From a virus (Duplodnaviria; Caudoviricetes), in IMG/VR virus record IMGVR_UViG_3300044820_000053, positions 1 to 31,065 of that record: a stretch of 31,065 nt of DNA; one strand, written 5' to 3'. How positions within the stretch are numbered: position 1 is the stretch's first letter; every line of letters begins with the position of its first letter. The notes beneath the pieces are model-generated. The model was not told the origin of the DNA, ran no database searches, and saw nothing but the letters and a program-made list of their open reading frames with translations. The position numbers were made by a program, and so were the translations under genes. Below are positions 8,327 through 15,627 of the stretch, piece by piece.

Positions 8327-8400
8327 CAAAAAGAGGCCGCCGCGCCATTGGGAAACGCGACGGCCACCAAGTTCAAGGGAGGAAACGCCTAACAAGGCTA
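8327..8400 (-). ncRNA. suhB/MmgR (alpha-r8)-family small RNA
   Basis: Short hairpin GCCT-TGTT-AGGC, then the family decamer UUUCCUCCCU (8385-8376), then a GC-rich hairpin (8365-8335) and UCUUUUU. The 5' end is uncertain. Confidence 0.75.
8328..8365 (-). terminator. Rho-independent terminator upstream of the packaging/head operon
   Basis: GGCCGTCGCGTT-TCCCAAT-GGCGCGGCGGCC followed by TCTTTTT. Confidence 0.75.
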
Positions 8401-8563
8401 CGCCACCGCAGCGGCCCGAAACGGTTAAGCCGCCGAGGTTCTAGATGCCGTGTTCATTTTCGCGACCTCCGATGAGGTCGGAAAAATTAACATGCGGCGA
8501 ATTGGGTTCCCGGCGCCCGTCAGGGGGGATACGGGCGCCGGGAGGTGGGAACAGCCAACCCAC

Positions 8564-8857
8564 CTACGAGCGCGGCGAGGCGCCCGTCTCTTCGGCCTTC
8601 GTTTCGATCACGACTGCGGCCAGCATCGATCCGTCCGCCAGCCACTTATCGAACAGCGCATACATCGCCTCATCTTTCGCCTCGGGCGTGCCGGCGGCGT
8701 CGCGCGCAATGCCGATCTGCTCGTCTTGCGCAGAGGTGACGAGAAATCCGCCGTGTTCCTTCTGCCAAGCCTCGGCGCCAGGGCGATCACCGCTATAGCC
8801 GCCGCACACGGGCTTGCCGTTGGCATCGACCGGATAACAGAGCCAGTTCTCGAACAT
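8564..8857 (-). CDS. Hypothetical protein (97 aa)
   Basis: ATG at 8857 with AAGGGG SD; avoids overlap with the upstream gene. Confidence 0.6.
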   Translation of the reverse strand: MFENWLCYPVDANGKPVCGGYSGDRPGAEAWQKEHGGFLVTSAQDEQIGIARDAAGTPEAKDEAMYALFDKWLADGSMLAAVVIETKAEETGASPRS

Positions 8858-8894
8858 GCCGTGCCCCTTGATGGTTGGATGAATGTGCGGCCGA

Positions 8895-9152
8895 TCAACG
8901 GATCGGAGCGGGACGATCGGCGCCAGGCGTTCCGCCGTTATCGAGTTCGATGCGCGTCTCGCCAACGACTTCAAGCCGTTGTTCATCGAACCATTGGGGG
9001 GACTTCAGATCGCCGTCCTCGCCGACCTTAGGCGCGAGCAGATACTGGTTGCAGCCAGTGATGTATTGAACATACCCGGTGGCCGTGCCGGTAAACCCTG
9101 TAATCTTGTCTCGCATTGTGAGCCCAAAGCTCGCTGTCGCGATCTTCAACAT
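8895..9152 (-). CDS. Conserved small phage protein (85 aa)
   Basis: RDKITGFTGTATGYVQYITGCNQYLLAP...WFDEQRL pattern seen in many phage hypotheticals; GGAG SD. Confidence 0.75.
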   Translation of the reverse strand: MLKIATASFGLTMRDKITGFTGTATGYVQYITGCNQYLLAPKVGEDGDLKSPQWFDEQRLEVVGETRIELDNGGTPGADRPAPIR

Positions 9153-9258
9153 GGTCGTTTTCTCCGTTGATGGTGGAGCGTGTGGGTCGGTGTCGCGCCG
9201 CCGCTGTGCCGAGTGGGGGCTCGGCCATTGCCTACTTCACACGCGGATGGTGGTGGGA

Positions 9259-9687
9259 TCAGCCGGCCGTCGCCGTCAGCATCCATTTTTGCTTCAAGTG
9301 ATAGTCCATCCGCTCCGCCAGCAGATTGATCGTCGCCTGATCGTCTTCCGGCTCGGCCACGGTCTGCGCAAACAGGATCGTGGTGATGACGGCTGCATGG
9401 CCCGCGATGAGGTCGTTGACCATGTCCTGCCACGACGCAGCGCTGCGCTGGGTCGCGTCGAGTTCGGTGCGTGTGGCGAAGTCGGGCGGGATGACCTCAC
9501 CCAGTGCGCGCACATGCTCCGCGATCTTGTCGACCTCTTCGAACAGCGCATCGTACTGATCATTGAACATCTTGTGCAGCGCGGGGAAGTTCGGGCCGGT
9601 GACGTTCCAGTGGTAGAGGTGCGTGACACGGTAAAGCGCGAAGGTGTCGGCCAGCAGGTCGATGAGGCTATCGGCAACCTTGGACAT
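9259..9687 (-). CDS. dps: Dps family mini-ferritin (142 aa)
   Basis: HLYHWNVTGPNFPALHKMF...QY...VDKIAEHVRALG and terminal WML; ferroxidase His/His/Asp/Glu present; GGAGG SD. Confidence 0.92.
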   Translation of the reverse strand: MSKVADSLIDLLADTFALYRVTHLYHWNVTGPNFPALHKMFNDQYDALFEEVDKIAEHVRALGEVIPPDFATRTELDATQRSAASWQDMVNDLIAGHAAVITTILFAQTVAEPEDDQATINLLAERMDYHLKQKWMLTATAG

Positions 9688-9733
9688 GGCGGTCCTCCGC
9701 TTGCAGCATGGGCCGCTGCCTATTGGCGACGTG

Positions 9734-10375
9734 TTAACCCGTCACCGTTCGGTCAGCGGCCCTCTCTCTGGGTTGTCTCTTCGGATACGGCTTTGCGAGC
9801 AGCGCGACCCGCTTCCGCATCGCCGCGTCGAGCGGCATCAGGTACTTGTGCCGGACCAGGCCGGTGACGCGCTCAACGTTGGGGTCCACGTTCTCGCGCA
9901 GCCATTCCATGTCCGCGCGGCCATATCGCGAGCTGAGCGTGCGGGCGTGTGTCAGCTTGCCGTGGACCTTGAACGAATAGCTGTCGGCCGCGCCCTCGTA
10001 TATCCAGCCGCCCGCCTGATAGATGCCGCCGTGGTGGTTCTGTTCGCCTGCAGCGTAGGACACGACCAACCGCAGCCCGGGCGAGAACTTCGTTAGCAGC
10101 CTGAGGGCAATCGCCACGATGCGGCTAACAGGGGCGTCGTGCTTTTGCAGCGCCACGCGGGTCAGCTCGCACACCTCGGTCTGCTGCAGGTCGTAGGGCT
10201 TGCCAATCGACACCGTCGCACCACGGCTGAAGATGACCACGCCCTTGAACGTCGCGTCTTCCCAGACGCCCAGCTTGATCGTGCGGCCTGCGGGCATACA
10301 TCCGCTGTAGTGCCAGTGTTCGCAGGCGTAGAGCGCGGCAGCGTATGTCGCCCAGTCGAGACGGAGCGTGCTCAT
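9734..10375 (-). CDS. mom: Mom-like (phage Mu Mom family, GNAT fold) adenine-modification enzyme
   Basis: HWHYS, GVVIF, CELTRVAL, VSRIVAIALRLL, VVSYA..EQNHHGGIYQAGGWIYEG motifs; ATGA-coupled to the upstream ParB-N gene. Confidence 0.8.
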   Translation of the reverse strand: MSTLRLDWATYAAALYACEHWHYSGCMPAGRTIKLGVWEDATFKGVVIFSRGATVSIGKPYDLQQTEVCELTRVALQKHDAPVSRIVAIALRLLTKFSPGLRLVVSYAAGEQNHHGGIYQAGGWIYEGAADSYSFKVHGKLTHARTLSSRYGRADMEWLRENVDPNVERVTGLVRHKYLMPLDAAMRKRVALLAKPYPKRQPRERAADRTVTG

Positions 10376-10884
10376 CGGCGCGCCCCCATCTCGAATGTCT
10401 TACCGCAGTGCGGACAAGTGACCTCGCTGAGATGGTCGAGCGGTTTTGATGTCGGCTCGCCGGCCGGGGTGAAGTTGGCCGCTTGCGGCAGCTCGATCGG
10501 ATCGAAGCCGGTCAGCGCCAGGTCGAAGCCCGCCACGTCGAGCGCCTGCAGCTCGAGCTCCAAGGCGGCGGGGATCCATGTTGCCTCTTCGTGCGTGCGG
10601 TTGTCCGCAAGCCGGTATGCCCTGATCTGCTCTGGGCTGAGGCCGTGCGCCACATGCACGGGCACGCGCTTGAGCTTGAGCTTCTTGGCGGCCAGCAGCC
10701 TTGTGTGGCCGACAACGATTTCGTCAGCCTCATCGACCACGATGGGCTGTCGCCAGCCGAACTCTTTGATGGACTTGGCGACTTTCTCAATCGCTCGGTC
10801 GGATATTTCGCGGGGATTGCCCGGGTACGGGCGCACGTCCCCGATCGGCCGCCATTCGACGGCCAGGGATTCGCTCTCTTGCAT
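10372..10884 (-). CDS. ParB/Sulfiredoxin N-terminal domain protein with C-terminal CPHCG Zn knuckle
   Basis: PYPGNPR, SIKEFGWRQPIVVD, IVVGHTRLLAA, YRLADNR, VTCPHCG. Confidence 0.9.
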   Translation of the reverse strand: MQESESLAVEWRPIGDVRPYPGNPREISDRAIEKVAKSIKEFGWRQPIVVDEADEIVVGHTRLLAAKKLKLKRVPVHVAHGLSPEQIRAYRLADNRTHEEATWIPAALELELQALDVAGFDLALTGFDPIELPQAANFTPAGEPTSKPLDHLSEVTCPHCGKTFEMGARR

Positions 10885-11079
10885 GGACTCATGGTCAAGT
10901 TTCCCCGCCGCACGCGCGGTGGCGGGGTGGCCGTGAAGCGGCCGGTCATGGTCATGCGAGGCGAATTCTCGCGGCTCGCGGTGTTGGTAGCACCGCTGCC
11001 CCCGCCCTTCTCTTTTTTAGGGCGGGAAATAATCTGTCGAACTGCTATGATGCAGTGCTCTCTTCACCGGATGGATGAC

Positions 11080-11472
11080 ATGCGCCGCGATATGGACCTC
11101 ATTCGCGAACTGATGCTGAGGCTGGAGGCGGTGCCCCTAGAGGCCGGGGATGTCTGGACAATCCCTTATGACGACGAGCGATTGGCGGTCGAAGGCCACA
11201 CATTCGCTGAGATCATGTATCATGTGGAGCTCATCCACAGCGCCCGCTTTACAGAGCCTTACGGGAACCAGGGCGCGGCGAGCCTGACGTTTTCGGGCTT
11301 TACGTGGCAAGGACACGATTTCATCGACAGCGTCCGAGACCCGAAGATTTGGCGCGATACGAAAAGCACGCTCCAGAAAGTGGGCGGTTATACGCTGGAT
11401 ATCGTGATTGGTGTCGCAAAGGGTCTGCTCAAGCAGCAACTACAGCAAATCGGGCTTCCAATTGATCCCTAA
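11080..11472 (+). CDS. DUF2513-family protein (130 aa), antisense moron
   Basis: MRRDMDLIRELMLRLE...YHVELI...TWQGHDFIDSVRDPKIW..TK signature; extended -10 TGCTATGAT at 11043-11051. Confidence 0.85.
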   Translation: MRRDMDLIRELMLRLEAVPLEAGDVWTIPYDDERLAVEGHTFAEIMYHVELIHSARFTEPYGNQGAASLTFSGFTWQGHDFIDSVRDPKIWRDTKSTLQKVGGYTLDIVIGVAKGLLKQQLQQIGLPIDP

Positions 11473-11550
11473 TGCGAGGTCGTTTCTGAATTGCTCTCGC
11501 ACCGGCGTCCAAGCGGATAACCGATGCGACTCACAGGGAAAGTGCAGCAG

Positions 11551-11585
11551 AAATCCACCCTTAGCCGAGTCTCTGTCAAGAGACT
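11551..11585 (-). promoter_or_regulatory. Putative late promoter (pR'-equivalent); -35 TTGACA enclosed by an inverted repeat
   Basis: AGTCTC-TTGACA-GAGACT (11585-11568) on the minus strand, downstream of the NusG-like gene. The -10 match is weak. Confidence 0.45.
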
Positions 11586-11613
11586 TTCGCATCAGGTCGG
11601 CAATGTTAGCCAC

Positions 11614-11817
11614 CTACGCCTTACCGTCCGCGCGCCGCTGGCGCATGAGGTTGCGCTGGTAAAGCCGCCGGTCGCGCTTCTTCGGTGTCTTCTTGGGCGC
11701 AGATTTCGGCTTTTGTTGAGCCGGAGTGGTTGCAGCCTTGACTGGCGCCGGGCCCGCGCAGGTGTGGTTCCATTCCTTCTTGTGGCAAGTGCGGCACTCG
11801 GGCGGTTCGATCGGCAT
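11614..11817 (-). CDS. Small basic Zn-finger-like protein (67 aa)
   Basis: CRTC-x6-HTC, Lys/Pro linker, C-terminal DRRLYQRNLMRQRRA helix; AAGGA SD; 3 bp after the nusG-like stop. Confidence 0.7.
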   Translation of the reverse strand: MPIEPPECRTCHKKEWNHTCAGPAPVKAATTPAQQKPKSAPKKTPKKRDRRLYQRNLMRQRRADGKA

Positions 11818-11820
11818 GGT

Positions 11821-12405
11821 TTAAGTCCTTGCGCTGTCTTTCTTCTCGAACGGCTTGACGGGCAGGATGTCGGCCTCATTCAGCCGCACGGGCATCTTGT
11901 TTGGGCCGAGTTCCGCAATGACTGAGCCTGGCCGCACGTCCGCGATCGCGCCCTGGTATCCGGCGAAAGGATGGTCGGGGCCGACTGCGACGATTTCGCC
12001 GAGCCGGTAGAGGCTTTCCTTCCGGCGCACACGACGGATTGCGACCTCGTAGTCCGCGATCATGTCCTGGCGAAGCCCTTCCACGACGCAGGCCGGGATT
12101 TCGCTCGGATTGAGGTCACCACCCCGGCTGAGGCTGAGGGAGATGGCGCCGGAAAAGCCGAAGGTCTGCTTGACGGTGACGAAGTTCTGCTGACGCTTGG
12201 TGTCGGCCTCGATGCGGGCGTCATCGATGGCGACCCACACATAGGGCGACAGCCGCAGTCGCGGTTCCGGCCATGCCCGATTGCCGGTTTTCATGCGGAC
12301 GAACGTCATGGCGATGAATGTCTCGTAGCCACGATCGCCCAGGTCGCGCGCGAAGCGCACGTCCATGTTCGGCTCAGCCGCGATCACATACCAACGCTTC
12401 GTCAT
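11821..12405 (-). CDS. NusG/RfaH-family transcription antiterminator (NGN + KOW) in the lambda Q position
   Basis: RWYVIAAEP, L.DRGYETF, LSPYVWV, PSEIPACVVEGL; KOW-like GEIVAV...PFAGYQGAI. Confidence 0.82.
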   Translation of the reverse strand: MTKRWYVIAAEPNMDVRFARDLGDRGYETFIAMTFVRMKTGNRAWPEPRLRLSPYVWVAIDDARIEADTKRQQNFVTVKQTFGFSGAISLSLSRGGDLNPSEIPACVVEGLRQDMIADYEVAIRRVRRKESLYRLGEIVAVGPDHPFAGYQGAIADVRPGSVIAELGPNKMPVRLNEADILPVKPFEKKDSART

Positions 12406-12406
12406 C

Positions 12407-12523
12407 CTATTGCACGTCTTCCCATGGTGGACCCATCAGCGTTGTGCGGATCACACTCGGATATTGCCATTTGAAATCAGGGTCGTGGACGAGCCACGAC
12501 CAGATGTGGTTGATCCAGCTCAC
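12407..12523 (-). CDS. Trp-rich small protein (38 aa), not in the ORF track
   Basis: GTG overlaps the upstream stop (GTGA) with GGAG SD. MSWINHIWSWLVHDPDFKWQYPSVIRTTLMGPPWEDVQ ends 1 bp before the nusG-like ATG and fills the gap exactly. Confidence 0.55.
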   Translation of the reverse strand: MSWINHIWSWLVHDPDFKWQYPSVIRTTLMGPPWEDVQ

Positions 12524-13191
12524 TCGCGAGACTCCGGCTTCGGTTTGTTGGCGGCAGCGATCAGCCCCCGGATAGAGGTGGCGAGGCCTTCGGGCAGCGT
12601 CTTCAACCGATCCTCGATGTCGACTAGGAACTCGGGGGGCGGCGGCTCGCCATTGGTGCGACGGTCTGCAGGAAGGTCGTAAAACTGGGCCTCATCGATC
12701 CCAAGCAGGATGCGGGCGCGCCGGCGCATTACGACGTCGTATCCGTACAGCCGAAATAGCTTGTCGTGCATCTCTGGGATTTTGGGAAACCACTTCTCCG
12801 TCCGCCGCCATTCGGCGCAAGCCTGGACCAAGTGCAGTTCGGAAAACTCCGCTAGATCGTCGGCCATGTCCGACAGCACGATTCCGAAGGCGTCAGGATC
12901 GGCCGAGGCGTTCGGGTAATGGACTGCGAGACGCGACAAAATGGCGATGATCCATTCGCGGCGAGCTGGTCGCAGCCGTTCCTCGAGCTCGCGCAGCACA
13001 TTCACGACGGCGGGCACTTGGTCCTCGGGCAACGCGCGCGCCGTCCATTGCGGCCCCCGGATGTTCGGCCTCGGTTCACTGTGAACGAGCGCCGGCGGCA
13101 ATTGCGGCGGACGCCGCCTGAGCAATTCGGTCAAGTCTTCCGGAGGAACTGCCGGTAGCGCCTCCTGCTGGCGCATTGGAACGGCCGCCAT
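12520..13191 (-). CDS. Putative replicative helicase loader/inhibitor-like protein (lambda P position)
   Basis: DMADDLAEFS...ACAEWRRTEKWFPKIPEM motif; follows the initiator; GGAGG SD before ATG 13191. Confidence 0.65.
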   Translation of the reverse strand: MAAVPMRQQEALPAVPPEDLTELLRRRPPQLPPALVHSEPRPNIRGPQWTARALPEDQVPAVVNVLRELEERLRPARREWIIAILSRLAVHYPNASADPDAFGIVLSDMADDLAEFSELHLVQACAEWRRTEKWFPKIPEMHDKLFRLYGYDVVMRRRARILLGIDEAQFYDLPADRRTNGEPPPPEFLVDIEDRLKTLPEGLATSIRGLIAAANKPKPESRE

Positions 13192-13936
13192 ACTGGCCTC
13201 CTATTTGCTGTTGGTCCTTGAGGGGGTAAAGGCCGCGCCACGACTTCCTGATGGACTGGTCGATGACCGCTTCCGGGTCATGTCCATCGGCACGCAGCTT
13301 GGTGAGTTCGGTGATTTCGAGCTTCTTGGCGCGATCGGTGAGCGGCGCCTTGATGCGCTTGCGCATCTCGACATAGCCGTTCCAGGCTTCGACCGGGATC
13401 CATGGCGGCAACTCGTATCCGCTGCCGTCTTTCGGCACCTGTTCTGTGAACAGAGACGATTGACCGGGAGGCGCAGAGGCACGCGGCGAAGCCGCTGGCG
13501 GTTCTGATGACGGTTTAGATAACGGTTCTTGGTGGTTATCTATATGCGATGCTGTGGATTGCACCCGTCCTGTTGCAGACTGCACCCGTTCCTGCTGCGG
13601 ATTGCACCCGTCCTCGTCATCAACTGCACCCGTCTCAGCCTGAGCAGACGCGTGCAATTCCTGCACCCGTCTGACGTTGATCTTGTATTCGTTTGCCTGC
13701 CCCGGCCTACCCGTTGTTTCCTTCACCAATTCGAGGACGCCGTCTTCCCTCAGCGTCTTGATCGCGGTTTTCACCTGCCGGATTTCGAGCCGCGCCTTCT
13801 TCGCGAGGGTGGCGGCCGTGGGGAACACATTGCCGCCGTCGTCGCTGGCAAAGTCCGCCATCGCGAGCAAAACCAACAGCGTCCCGCCCTTGTACGGGGC
13901 ATGATCCCACACGGCCGTCATCACCCTGATGCTCAT
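13076..13936 (-). CDS. Phage replication initiator (O-like, N-terminal winged HTH)
   Basis: MSIRVMTAVW...LLVLLAMADFASDDG..FPT..TLA; central iterons; C-terminal WNGYVEMRKRIK...VIDQSI..SWRGL. Confidence 0.88.
   Translation of the reverse strand: MSIRVMTAVWDHAPYKGGTLLVLLAMADFASDDGGNVFPTAATLAKKARLEIRQVKTAIKTLREDGVLELVKETTGRPGQANEYKINVRRVQELHASAQAETGAVDDEDGCNPQQERVQSATGRVQSTASHIDNHQEPLSKPSSEPPAASPRASAPPGQSSLFTEQVPKDGSGYELPPWIPVEAWNGYVEMRKRIKAPLTDRAKKLEITELTKLRADGHDPEAVIDQSIRKSWRGLYPLKDQQQIGGQYGGRSNAPAGGATGSSSGRLDRIAQAASAAIAAGARSQ
13560..13670. repeat. Replication-origin iterons (5 x TGCACCCGT) inside the initiator gene
   Basis: Copies at 13560, 13581, 13603, 13625 and 13662 (spacing 21, 22, 22, 37), next to an AT-richer stretch at ~13513-13546. 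Confidence 0.85.
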
Positions 13937-14130
13937 GCTGTGCCCTCTGTGATGAAGATGCGCCCGTCACCGGGCATGAAGCCGAGCGCGGTTTCGTACC
14001 GGTCCAGCTTCTCGATGAGGGTTCGCACCATGTCCGCCAATTCGTTGTCGAGGCCGTCTTGCGCGTAATCGTGCAATCGGCGAACGGCGCCCCAGGCTTC
14101 ACGGCGTGGAATGTAGAGCTGCTGGTTCAT
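13933..14130 (-). CDS. Hypothetical protein (65 aa)
   Basis: ATGA overlaps at both ends (MNQQLYIP...TEGTA). Confidence 0.7.
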   Translation of the reverse strand: MNQQLYIPRREAWGAVRRLHDYAQDGLDNELADMVRTLIEKLDRYETALGFMPGDGRIFITEGTA

Positions 14131-14762
14131 CGCGAGCCCTCGATCGCGAGCCCGAGCTGGGCTTTCGGCGCTTTCTGCCGACGACACCAACCGAACTCCG
14201 GGCGGCCGCCATATCCGCGCTCGAAGATAAACCAGGCATAGTCCTGCAATCCGCCAGACGGATTGATGCCCGCCTTGATGACGGCGCCGGGCGGCATCGA
14301 AGGCCTCGGAGTCAGGGCGAGAACGCGGCGCAACGGCAGGCTCTCAAGCCAGCGCGAGCGTGTACCGGCGTTAGCCCACTGAGCCCGAAGCAGGATGGCC
14401 GCCTTGCGCCGCGCACGGCGAACGGCGGCGGCAACGAACTCATCGTCATACTTGTAGGGCGGGTTGCAGGCGATGTTCTCGTATTCTTCTGAACTTGTGA
14501 AGAAATCGCCCTGCACGAAATGGTGCCGCGCGCTGGCGCTGCGGTCGCGGATGTCGAACCCGAGCGTCGGATAGCCTGCGCGCCACGCTGCATCCAAGAT
14601 GCGCCCCATGCCACAGCACGGGTCAACGATCACGCCGTCGAATTTCTCGACTGCGAACAGGCCGTCGTTGCACCAATCAGGCTCGACATACCAGTCATCG
14701 GGATCCCGCGCCCAAAGATGCGCGTTTTTCTTCTTTTTGTCGGCCTTGGTGCGAACCATCAC
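14127..14762 (-). CDS. Orphan SAM-dependent amino (N6-adenine type) DNA methyltransferase
   Basis: DPCCGMG motif I, GFDI, GDFF, and IACNPPY catalytic motif IV. Confidence 0.8.
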   Translation of the reverse strand: MMVRTKADKKKKNAHLWARDPDDWYVEPDWCNDGLFAVEKFDGVIVDPCCGMGRILDAAWRAGYPTLGFDIRDRSASARHHFVQGDFFTSSEEYENIACNPPYKYDDEFVAAAVRRARRKAAILLRAQWANAGTRSRWLESLPLRRVLALTPRPSMPPGAVIKAGINPSGGLQDYAWFIFERGYGGRPEFGWCRRQKAPKAQLGLAIEGSR

Positions 14763-14763
14763 A

Positions 14764-15627
14764 TCACCTGCCAGCCATCATCTTGTTGAGCGGAAGGCCG
14801 GCCGTGCGGATTGCCAGATTGACAGCGTCGGTCAGGACCGCATGAAAACTCGACCACTCGGGTCCGCCATGCGTCGCCTTGCGCGCCCGGGCCTTGGTGC
14901 TGAGCGCCGCGATGCCGCCACGGTCAGCCAGCTTGCCACCGTAGAGCTTTGGGTCCCGCGCCCATTGTGGATTGACGGATAACGTCTTGGCGGCGCCGAT
15001 GATCGCGGCAGCGCCGATGCCAGCTTCCGGCTCGGCCGCGCGAAGCAGCTTGAAGGCGGCGATCAGGATGGCGTCGTTGTAGTTCTTCCGTACCTGACGG
15101 ATCGAACCCAGCGCCATCGTCTCGCCCGGATCCGGGTCCATCTTCGGGTAAGGCGCAATCGTCACCCCTCCCCTCGCACAAAGGTCAACGATTTCCCGCG
15201 CGGCGCCGTCGCCGGCGGCGACGTTTGCGCGGAAGCTCTGAAGCGGATGGATGCGGGTGACGTTGCCGTTGATCGCTGCGAAGGCGCGCGCCTCGGCCTC
15301 ACGCCCGCCTTTCAGGATCAGGCACGGCACCTTATCGATGCCGCCGTGTAGCATGGCCGCAGTGGCGCGGTGCTGGCCATCGATGACGGCATAACGGGAC
15401 GGGGTGCGGCGGGATACAACAAGTGTACCGAATTGGAGCCAGGAAAAGGCCTCGATCATGCGGCGGATGTTGGCCTTGCCGCTGTCGAGAATGGCCCGCT
15501 GATAAGCCGGATCGACGTAGAGCTGCGAGAGAGGCAACCATGCCAATTCGCCCTTGTCGCCAATGTCGGACGCCGGCACGGGCCTTTGCGCGAACTGGAG
15601 CTTTTGGAGGGGTTGGAGGTCGCTCAT
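14764..15627 (-). CDS. ParB/Srx-fold protein with DGQHR motif (DUF6551-like)
   Basis: LYVDPAYQR, FSW..FG.LVV, YAVIDGQHR, EARAFAAIN. Confidence 0.8.
   Translation of the reverse strand: MSDLQPLQKLQFAQRPVPASDIGDKGELAWLPLSQLYVDPAYQRAILDSGKANIRRMIEAFSWLQFGTLVVSRRTPSRYAVIDGQHRATAAMLHGGIDKVPCLILKGGREAEARAFAAINGNVTRIHPLQSFRANVAAGDGAAREIVDLCARGGVTIAPYPKMDPDPGETMALGSIRQVRKNYNDAILIAAFKLLRAAEPEAGIGAAAIIGAAKTLSVNPQWARDPKLYGGKLADRGGIAALSTKARARKATHGGPEWSSFHAVLTDAVNLAIRTAGLPLNKMMAGR

Noticed and set aside
8463-8485. CCGATGAG...GAAA resembling a hammerhead ribozyme core
   Set aside because: The core is CCGAUGA rather than CUGAUGA, there is no proper stem II or stems I/III, and the bases are better explained by a simple hairpin.
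10483-11079. Upstream extension of the DUF2513 ORF
   Set aside because: Antisense to the ParB-N gene; the family signature starts at MRRDMDL (11080).
13560-13670. CRISPR-like repeat array
   Set aside because: Repeats are 9 bp with 12-13 bp gaps inside a coding region and no cas genes are present; they are iterons.
14764-15627. DGQHR motif suggesting a Dnd phosphorothioation system
   Set aside because: No dndACDE or ssp genes nearby; the motif also occurs in stand-alone ParB-like phage proteins.
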